Part shown: positions 1 to 6,470 of the stretch, piece after piece
How the letters are laid out: every line of letters begins with the position of its first letter
Numbering within the stretch: position 1 is the first letter of the stretch
Source: Candidatus Undinarchaeota archaeon
Lineage (GTDB): Archaea > SpSt-1190
Assembly (NCBI GenBank): GCA_964549355.1
Contig: CAZJUS010000029.1
Location: forward strand, 1 to 10,542
DNA length: 10,542 nt
Reading direction: 5' to 3'
Position numbers and translations under genes: made by a program
The notes under the pieces: generated by a model
Told to the model about the DNA's origin: nothing
What the model saw: only the letters and a program-made list of their open reading frames with translations
The model's database searches: none

Positions 1-1
1 A

Positions 2-805
2 ATTCGTTGAATGGAGATACAAGCAGATAAACGATTTTGTTTCAGACTTCAGCATCTCCGTGAAGAAGTGGCTGGCCGATTTCCAGTCTTCAATCTTGCC
101 GACATCCCACCACCTGCCCCCGAAGATGCACCCCAGCAGGGGGTACTCCTCGCGGACCAGATACGCCAGGAAATGGCCGGGCGCGTCGGGGTTGCCCTTC
201 TTCAGGTATTCGTGCAGGATGTCCAGCATCCTGGTGCCGTTTATGTCCTTCGGAAAGATGTATGCAGCCATGGACGCATAGGGGCTGACCGGGACTTCAG
301 GCTTCTCGACAAAAGCAGTCACCCTGTTGCCTTCGGTTATTGCCAGGTTGCCGAACCTGCCTTTGATTTTGTCCTCCCCGGCCTCGAAGGCCCCGACTAC
401 TGCGGATTTGCCGTCGAATACGCGCGTCATAAACTCAAGAAATTCGCCAAAGGGATGGATTACATTGTCCGACGCCAGGACCAGCACATCATCATCCAGG
501 CTTGCCTGCTGTATGGTCCAGGCCAGGCCCTTGATGGTGCCGAATTTTTCATTGTCCGACTTGTGGGGCTCAATCACCAGCCTGCCTTTGAAATTGCTCT
601 CGCCGGCCCATTTCCTGAAGGCAGGTTCAAACTTGAGGTTGGTCACAATTACAATATCCTCCTCCGGCACATGCGACTGGAGGTTTTTCAGCAGGTTGTC
701 AATAACAGTCATGTCCTCTGTCAGCGGGAGCAGGGGTTTAGGCAGGTCCTGCCCGAGCTTGCCCAGCCGGACGCCATAGCCCCCTGCAAGTACAACGGCT
801 TTCAT
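2..805 (-). CDS. Sugar-1-phosphate nucleotidyltransferase (NTP_transferase family; probable glucose-1-phosphate uridylyl-/nucleotidyltransferase), 3'-partial
   Basis: Not in the ORF track because there is no stop inside the window. Manual translation from ATG at 805 gives MKAVVLAGGYGVRLGKLGQDLPKPLLPL...IVIVTNLKF...EKFGTIKGL...DDVLVLASDN...FGNL...VTAFVEKP...GNPDAPGHFL...GRWWDVGKIEDW...KSFICLYLHSTN>. This contains the LAGGxGxRL...PK(P)LLP nucleotide-binding signature, the FVEKP sugar-phosphate motif and the WxDvG motif. 268 codons are open to the window edge. Confidence 0.93.
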   Translation of the reverse strand, partial: MKAVVLAGGYGVRLGKLGQDLPKPLLPLTEDMTVIDNLLKNLQSHVPEEDIVIVTNLKFEPAFRKWAGESNFKGRLVIEPHKSDNEKFGTIKGLAWTIQQASLDDDVLVLASDNVIHPFGEFLEFMTRVFDGKSAVVGAFEAGEDKIKGRFGNLAITEGNRVTAFVEKPEVPVSPYASMAAYIFPKDINGTRMLDILHEYLKKGNPDAPGHFLAYLVREEYPLLGCIFGGRWWDVGKIEDWKSASHFFTEMLKSETKSFICLYLHSTN

Positions 806-894
806 ACAGTCTTTTTGGGAAAGAAGTAAAAGAAGTTTTGGTATTACTTGATAATACTAAATGACGGTTAAATATGGATGGGGGTAAGGCTTGA
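806..894. promoter_or_regulatory. Divergent promoter region (nucleotidyltransferase / phosphomutase)
   Basis: 89-bp AT-rich gap between divergent ATGs at 805 (-) and 895 (+). Contains TATA-like TTAAATA at 868-874, G-rich SD-like GGGGT at 881-885, a perfect inverted repeat at 841-857, and a short direct repeat AAAGAAGT at 820-827 and 829-836. Confidence 0.65.
841..857. repeat. Perfect inverted repeat GTATTA-N5-TAATAC, candidate transcription-factor operator
   Basis: Sequence gtatta-cttga-taatac. The arms are exact reverse complements and it lies near the centre of the divergent intergenic region. Function is inferred only. Confidence 0.45.
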
Positions 895-2382
895 ATGATA
901 CTGGAAGCTCCCCCCGCTTCGGGGAAAGGCAAAAGGGTATGCCCCAAATGCGGCAGAGAAACTGCCGGAAAATTCTGCAACGACTGCAAAGTGCGGAGCA
1001 TCTATGAAACCAGCGCCCTCAAGAAGTATGGAGATTTGCGGGTTGAAGACGGCTTGCCGTTTTTCGGGGGATTTTTCGAGAACTCGGTTTATGGGTATGA
1101 CCTGAGGTTTTTAACTACAAAAATCAAAGATTTGGCCTCAGAAGCCTCCAGGTATTACAGGGCTTATGTTGAGACCCAGAAGCCGAAAACTGCAGTCTTC
1201 TCGCATGACCAGCGGCAGAGCGGGGGCCTCCTGAAGGATGCTTTTGTCAAGGCCATGAAGGAGTCCGGGCCGGAGTTTGTGGAGGTTGAAGGCTTCATGT
1301 CGACCACATCTGCGCCGTTTTTCGGGGCGATGGTGGCCCGCGAGTTCGGGCACAGAATCCTGCTCTTCCATGCGACTGCCAGCCACAATCCGCCGGACTA
1401 CAACGGCTTCAAAGTTTTCCACGGGGATTTCAGCCACCGCATCTTCCCCTCCGAGGTGGAAATCCGGGAGCAGGTCTTCTCGGACGAAATCCACAAGGCA
1501 TACTCTGATTTTCTGGTGAAGCGGTTCGGGGACAGGGGGCCCAGCGGGCTCCGCTTCGATTTTGACGCCATGCACGGGATAGGTTGGGAGATTCTGAAGG
1601 ACGCCCTGCCCAAGGTTGCCCCCGGCGCAAGGCCCTTCAGGAAGGAGCCCCTTGCAGACCTCGGAGGCTTGAAGCTGGCCCAGCCCCCGGATTTCCATGA
1701 AGGCCACAAGGGCCTCAGCTTCTGCGCCGACGGGGACGCCGACCGCATAGTAATGTACTACAATGGAAAATACACTCCCATGTCCAAGTTTTACGCCATC
1801 CTGGCTGAGCACGGACTCTTCAAGGAGCACCTGCTGGTGGATCAAAGGGTGTCCGCGCAGACCGTGGGTTTCCTGGAAGAGCGGGGGGTCCGTGTGAGCA
1901 GGGGGAAAATCGGCAGGACCTTCCAGGAGGATATGGGGGCCGAGCTCGGCGCGCTGTGGATGGAGGAGAACTGGCATTCCGGGGGCTACCGGGTGGACGG
2001 GGTCAGGCTGTTTTGGCCGGAGGCCAGCCTGGGGCTGATGGACTGGCTGAATGCCCTTGAGACAGTTGGGGTGGACAGGTTTTTCGCAACAAAGGTCCCC
2101 GACCCCATTCTCAGGAGTGCAAAACTGCATGGCCCGGCCAATATGAACGAGGTTTTCTGGGCTGAGGCGCCCCGCACCTTCAAGGACGCCGAGGTGACGC
2201 GGATAGACCCCGACGACGGCGTGCGGGTTGAGTTCAGGGACGGCCACATGCTCCTGCGGGAGAGCAACACCGAGTGCGGGAAAATCAGGGTGGAGGCCAA
2301 CGGGAAGGATGCAGAGACGGCGGAGGGCATACTGAAGATGGGTGTTGGCTTTGTTGAGGAGATGAAGCGGAAGCATCAGTAA
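895..2382 (+). CDS. Alpha-D-phosphohexomutase (phosphoglucomutase/phosphomannomutase) with N-terminal zinc-ribbon extension
   Basis: Catalytic phosphoserine loop TASHNPPDYNGFK (Ser codon 1381-1383), metal-binding DGDADR (1729-1746), DAMHG motif, sugar-binding loop variant MEENWH, and domain-4 DGVRVEFRDGHMLLRESNTE...KIRVEA. N-terminal CPKC-x8-CNDC. Confidence 0.92.
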   Translation: MILEAPPASGKGKRVCPKCGRETAGKFCNDCKVRSIYETSALKKYGDLRVEDGLPFFGGFFENSVYGYDLRFLTTKIKDLASEASRYYRAYVETQKPKTAVFSHDQRQSGGLLKDAFVKAMKESGPEFVEVEGFMSTTSAPFFGAMVAREFGHRILLFHATASHNPPDYNGFKVFHGDFSHRIFPSEVEIREQVFSDEIHKAYSDFLVKRFGDRGPSGLRFDFDAMHGIGWEILKDALPKVAPGARPFRKEPLADLGGLKLAQPPDFHEGHKGLSFCADGDADRIVMYYNGKYTPMSKFYAILAEHGLFKEHLLVDQRVSAQTVGFLEERGVRVSRGKIGRTFQEDMGAELGALWMEENWHSGGYRVDGVRLFWPEASLGLMDWLNALETVGVDRFFATKVPDPILRSAKLHGPANMNEVFWAEAPRTFKDAEVTRIDPDDGVRVEFRDGHMLLRESNTECGKIRVEANGKDAETAEGILKMGVGFVEEMKRKHQ

Positions 2383-3437
2383 ATCCTGTCAGACGGGAGG
2401 GCAAGCGCCGTCTCCACTGCGCTCTTGAACTTCTTGGGTGCGAACATCCTCATTGCGTCCAGGATGCCGAAGGCGTCGCCCAGCCCGGTCTTGCGGAGGA
2501 GGTCGGGCAGTTTTCGGGAAGGCACTGCAGGCTCCTTGCCGGGCCAGACAGGCCTCTCCCTCATGGTCTTGAAGAGGCTGAGGTCGTCCAGGGCCCAGGC
2601 TTCAACAATATCGATGGCGTTGCGGACTTCGTCCCTGCGCGTCGAGTATACCCACTGGGAGGTGTGGACTGTGGCTTCAATCCCCCTCTGCTCCTTGAAG
2701 TCGTCAACCTGCTCTGCAACCTTTGAAGGATACCCGCTGTTCACTCCAATAAGCCGGGCTTCACCGCCGTTCATGCCGACTGCATCAACCAGCTGGCGCC
2801 GGGTCAGATACTCAAATCCGAATTTCATCATCTTGGTGACTTCACCGCATTCGAGATAAACTTTCAGCCCGCCCCGGCGCTCTTCAATCAAGTCTGCAAG
2901 CTCCTTGACGGCGTCTTCATTTTCCATAAGGTGAATGCCTGAAAGGTAGAACAGGCCTTGTTTCATATTGTTGAAGAAGCCGGCGTCGTGCCAGTTCTCA
3001 TGTGAATGCTTGGGAGTGAATATTATTCTTCCGGGCTCTTTGGCGAGGGGGGGCGCGAGCTCAACAATCCAGTGAATGATGGCAGGGTCGTTCCGCGCAG
3101 CGTCGGAGGCCATCTTGCGCCGGATGCCGTAGACATAAACAGGCAGTCCCTTGAAAAGGGATGAAAGCATATTGAAGCGGCGTGGCATTGAAAGGCTGCA
3201 CTCAAGCCCCAGCTTTCCCAGGAAGTAAGCTGCATTTCCCGCATTTCCGCCCACCCACTCCTCCCCAGCTTTCAGGATGTCGGCGACTCTGTCCATGCCC
3301 TCCTGGTCCAGGATGTACTCCCTGCCCACTTCATCCAATCCCAGCCCGCGGAGCTGGAGCATCTTGTCTATGCTGGCCCTGCAGATTATGTCTATGTGCG
3401 AGAACAGGCCGAGCCATAAATCCGGCGGGTTATTCAT
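2376..3437 (-). CDS. ADP-dependent glucokinase/phosphofructokinase family protein (ribokinase superfamily), likely glucokinase type
   Basis: Family motifs in the expected order: SHID (N-terminal sugar-binding Asp), VGGNAG, IIHWIVE, GRIIF, LSGIHLME, VYLE, DAVGMNGGE (NxxE motif), TVHT and TGLGDA (anion hole and catalytic Asp). Its stop overlaps the mutase 3' end by 7 nt (2376-2382). Confidence 0.85.
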   Translation of the reverse strand: MNNPPDLWLGLFSHIDIICRASIDKMLQLRGLGLDEVGREYILDQEGMDRVADILKAGEEWVGGNAGNAAYFLGKLGLECSLSMPRRFNMLSSLFKGLPVYVYGIRRKMASDAARNDPAIIHWIVELAPPLAKEPGRIIFTPKHSHENWHDAGFFNNMKQGLFYLSGIHLMENEDAVKELADLIEERRGGLKVYLECGEVTKMMKFGFEYLTRRQLVDAVGMNGGEARLIGVNSGYPSKVAEQVDDFKEQRGIEATVHTSQWVYSTRRDEVRNAIDIVEAWALDDLSLFKTMRERPVWPGKEPAVPSRKLPDLLRKTGLGDAFGILDAMRMFAPKKFKSAVETALALPSDRIY

Positions 3438-3514
3438 TATTAAGGTGTATCACAATTTTTAATTAGGTTTTTGGATTAACTTTAATGTGGATATGGTGAG
3501 GTCTTGGTGATGTC
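3438..3514. promoter_or_regulatory. Divergent promoter region (ADP-dependent kinase / glycogen synthase)
   Basis: 77-bp AT-rich gap with TATA-like TTTTAATTA (3457-3465) and TTTAAT (3481-3486), palindrome ATTAA-CT-TTAAT (3475-3486), and archaeal SD GGTGA at 3506-3510. Confidence 0.65.
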
Positions 3515-3521
3515 TTGGTGA
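3501..3521 (+). repeat. Tandem 10-bp direct repeat GTCTTGGTGA x2 spanning the RBS and start of the glycogen synthase
   Basis: gtcttggtga (3501-3510), one-base spacer t, gtcttggtga (3512-3521). A third TGGTGA lies at 3494-3499. Confidence 0.7.
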
Positions 3522-5332
3522 AAGACTTTTTTCTCTGGGAAGTCAGTTTTGAATGCGGGAACAAAGTCGGAGGAATTTGGACAGTCATTACGTCAAAGTC
3601 GGCCCAGATAAAGAAAAAATTCGGGGACAACTACTACGCTGTTGGATTTTTCAACCCGAAGAGAAGTGAAATCCTTGAAGAAACGCCACCCAAATGGCTG
3701 TTGCATATTTTCAGAGCCCTCTGGAAAAAATACGGAATTCGGTTCCAGTACGGCAAGTGGCTGGATGCCAGCGACACCAATATCATCCTCGTTGATTCGC
3801 GCGATTTCCAAAAGGCCCGCATAAACCAGATAAAGAAAGAAATGTGGGAGAAATTCGGCGTGGATTCCCTGAATGCCGGGCCGGATTTTGATGAGCCTTT
3901 GGCATGGAGCTATGCCGTCGGCCTGCTCCTGGAGGAGGCGTCGAAAAAGACAGTGGGCATTGATGTGGTGCAGTTTCATGAATGGCTTTCAGCGGGGGGC
4001 CTCCTTTATCTGAAGTCCAAGAATGCTCCGCTTCCGCTTGTTTTCACCACCCACGCAACAGCACTCGGCAGGGCCATGGGAAGCTCTGAGCTCCCCCCGG
4101 GAAGCAATCCCAACGAAGAGGCAGCAAAGCACAACATAAAAGACAAGCATTCACTCGAAAGGGCAGCAGCAGGAGAAGCTGATGTTTTCACAACTGTCAG
4201 TGAGATAACCGGTGATGAAGCTTTCAAAATTCTCGGCAGAAAGCCTGATGCCATAACCCAGAATGCCATGTCGGATGATGATATCCCTGCACTTGCGGAG
4301 CTGTTGAAGGATAAGATGCAGGCGCGGGAGAAAATTGATGATTTTGTGAAGGCGTATTTTTTCCCATACTACCCCCTCAATCTTGAAGATTATCTTATTG
4401 TGTACACCGCGGGGCGTTATGAATTTGACAACAAAGGATACGGCCTCATGATTGATGCTCTTGGAAAAGTGAATCATTCACTGAAGTCGCAAAAATCCGA
4501 TAAGTGGCTGCTGGTTCTGATAATGGTGCCTGCAGGAACGCTTGGAATTAAAGAGGAGGTCATCCAAAATTTCATTGCACATGCCCGTATGAGGGATTCA
4601 CTGAAGGAGGAATTCGATGAATTGTCGGATGCAATATACGAGGCGGGCAATAAGGAAAAACTGCTCCGAAAAAAAATGGAGAGCATCCTGAAAAGCTCAA
4701 AAATTTTCGCTTCAGAATTCGGCAGATTCCGCGACAAGAACCCCCCTCTCTGCGCCTTCCGGCTCGCCTATGATGAGAATGAAGACCTCATACTGAACAG
4801 GCTCAAAGAGAACGGCCTTTTGAACCGCAAGGAGGACAGGGTAAAAGTTGTCTTTTACCCGGTTTATATCACCCGGCGGGACGAACTGCTGGGCATGAAA
4901 TTTTCGGAGGTCATCAACGCAGCGAGCATCGGCGTATTCCTTTCAAGATACGAGCCGTGGGGGTACACGCCGATGGAAGCGGCGGCGCATATGAGTGTTT
5001 CAATCACCACGGAGCACAGCGGTTTCGGAAGGGCCATCAAGAATCTGCCGGAGTATGCATCGGCCGAAGCAGGCGACAATGCTCTGCGCAGCATCCACAT
5101 AATCAGCAATAAGAACCAAGCGGAGCAGGTTGCAAAACTAATTGAAACCTTTTCAAAGATGGACAAAGATGAAAGGATAAATTACGAAGTTGATGCGTTC
5201 AAGAGCATCAAGGCGCACTTCACTTGGAAAAAAGCAATTAAGTCTTACTTCAGGGTTTATGATATCGCATTGAAGAGAATGTCTAAGCGAGCCCGAGCTC
5301 CTCATCCAGTTCCATCCGGAAATCTTGAATGA
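3515..5332 (+). CDS. Glycogen synthase, GT3 family (yeast Gsy / animal GYS-like)
   Basis: GT3 signatures WEVSFECGNKVGGIWTVI, FHEWL, FTTHATALGR, VFTTVSEIT, AGRYEFDNKG, DRVKVVFYPVY and EX7E motif YEPWGYTPME. The start is either TTG 3515 or GTG 3518; the latter lies 7 nt after GGTGA and is slightly preferred. Confidence 0.95.
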   Translation: MVKDFFLWEVSFECGNKVGGIWTVITSKSAQIKKKFGDNYYAVGFFNPKRSEILEETPPKWLLHIFRALWKKYGIRFQYGKWLDASDTNIILVDSRDFQKARINQIKKEMWEKFGVDSLNAGPDFDEPLAWSYAVGLLLEEASKKTVGIDVVQFHEWLSAGGLLYLKSKNAPLPLVFTTHATALGRAMGSSELPPGSNPNEEAAKHNIKDKHSLERAAAGEADVFTTVSEITGDEAFKILGRKPDAITQNAMSDDDIPALAELLKDKMQAREKIDDFVKAYFFPYYPLNLEDYLIVYTAGRYEFDNKGYGLMIDALGKVNHSLKSQKSDKWLLVLIMVPAGTLGIKEEVIQNFIAHARMRDSLKEEFDELSDAIYEAGNKEKLLRKKMESILKSSKIFASEFGRFRDKNPPLCAFRLAYDENEDLILNRLKENGLLNRKEDRVKVVFYPVYITRRDELLGMKFSEVINAASIGVFLSRYEPWGYTPMEAAAHMSVSITTEHSGFGRAIKNLPEYASAEAGDNALRSIHIISNKNQAEQVAKLIETFSKMDKDERINYEVDAFKSIKAHFTWKKAIKSYFRVYDIALKRMSKRARAPHPVPSGNLE

Positions 5333-6470
5333 TGTTCATGTAGTTGGCGAAAGCTTCATAGGGATTTTCATAAACTTCGTCGCGGAAATAGCTATGCACT
5401 TCTTCATCGCCCGCAAGTTTGGTGCTCATATAGTAAAAATGGTCGCTTGTCATCAGCCTCCTCCATGTATCTATGATTTTTTTGTTTTTGGTTTCGAGGA
5501 CTTTTTTCTCAAGAGATTTGGCTGTTTCAAAGGCGGTGCGCTGCATCTTGTTGCCGAACCAAGCGGAGGTGTCTCTGTCCTGGTCGGCCCAGGAGACAAA
5601 CCAGGGTATGTTCAGGGTGTCGACAGTTTCGAGTTTCAGCAGCCGGCTCAGGTTGGTCCAGTGGACGTGCTTGTGCTTTTCAACATATGCGGGCAGATAC
5701 TTTAGAAATTCGAAGATGCCCGTTTCAGGCCACTGGTGCTCGCCGAAGGTTTCAAAGTCGATGTATATTATGGCGAACCTGTCCTGCACGGCTCCAAGCC
5801 AGTATGCGTATTTTTCGGCGGTCAGGGGGTATTCCTGCCAGTCCCTGGCCGAGAAGCGGAAGGCAATATCATCGCTCAGCTTGTAATTGCGCAACAGGAG
5901 GTGCATCTTGGTCCCGTCAGCCCGGTAGGGGTATCCGGAGCTCCTCCACCCCAGAAATTTTTCAGTCCCTTCAGTTATGATGCCTTTGAAGCCGAGCTTT
6001 TCAACTGAACGCGCGATGCTGTCCGAGTACAGGGATTCAGTGTTTCGGAAAATTTTTGGCTTTGCTCCGAACAGCATTTTGATTTTTTGTGAATGCATTT
6101 TTATTTGTTCGTGGAATTCCCGTTCTGAAACAAAAAATGCAAGTGAATGGTAATAGGTTTCACCAATCATTTCAAGCTTTCCGGTTTCGTTCAGCTTTTT
6201 TATTGCAGTGATTACCTGCGGTTTGTACTGCTGGGCTTGGTCCAGAAAAGTCCCTGTGAATGACAGATTCACTTTGAAATCCTTGTAGTCTTCCGACAGG
6301 TCCTTGAGAAGTTTCAATGCAGGCAGATAGCATTTTCGGGAAATCCGCTCAAAAAGACTTTTGTTGAGTGCATCGTTGAAATAATCTTTATGCTCGCCTA
6401 TGTTCAGAAAGCTGTACCTGCGGATTCTCCAAGGCTGGTGGAGCACAGCGCAGAAAGCAACGTCAGCCAT
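5283..6470 (-). CDS. Glycoside hydrolase family 57 (alpha-amylase-like, methanogen AmyA type)
   Basis: GH57 conserved regions LHQP, ETYYHSL, FRNTE (catalytic Glu), LLRNYKLSDDIAFRFS, IDFETFGEHQW (catalytic Asp), SWAD..RD.SAW.GN and TSDHFYYM. SD AGGAGG (6483-6478) lies 7 nt before the ATG, and the start overlaps the GT4 stop by 8 nt. Confidence 0.95.
   Translation of the reverse strand: MADVAFCAVLHQPWRIRRYSFLNIGEHKDYFNDALNKSLFERISRKCYLPALKLLKDLSEDYKDFKVNLSFTGTFLDQAQQYKPQVITAIKKLNETGKLEMIGETYYHSLAFFVSEREFHEQIKMHSQKIKMLFGAKPKIFRNTESLYSDSIARSVEKLGFKGIITEGTEKFLGWRSSGYPYRADGTKMHLLLRNYKLSDDIAFRFSARDWQEYPLTAEKYAYWLGAVQDRFAIIYIDFETFGEHQWPETGIFEFLKYLPAYVEKHKHVHWTNLSRLLKLETVDTLNIPWFVSWADQDRDTSAWFGNKMQRTAFETAKSLEKKVLETKNKKIIDTWRRLMTSDHFYYMSTKLAGDEEVHSYFRDEVYENPYEAFANYMNIIQDFRMELDEELGLA

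Noticed and set aside
11..829. 272-aa + strand ORF in the ORF track
   Set aside because: It is the codon-register antisense shadow of the minus-strand nucleotidyltransferase, which has clear family motifs. The + translation has none.
874..897. In-frame TGA immediately before the mutase ATG, suggesting recoding or readthrough from ATG 874
   Set aside because: TGA is used as a normal stop by several genes here (kinase, synthase, GT4, debrancher). No SECIS-like structure was seen, and readthrough would add only 7 residues.
1138..2376. 412-aa minus-strand ORF whose ATG overlaps the kinase stop (TGATG), mimicking translational coupling
   Set aside because: It lies fully antisense and in register with the GC3-rich mutase gene. 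Its His/Pro/Leu-rich composition is typical of shadow ORFs and it has no recognisable motifs. Proteomics would be needed to revive it.
3448..3464. TATCAC resembling the Thermococcales glycolytic motif (TATCAC-N5-GTGATA)
   Set aside because: Only one half-site is present. The position of the second half reads TTAATT, so a canonical TGM cannot be called.
4669..4676. A8 homopolymer in the glycogen synthase (also T8 on the coding strand of the debrancher at 9290-9297)
   Set aside because: Both reading frames are intact (RKKM; FFFF). The runs are short and there is no sign of frameshifting or phase variation.
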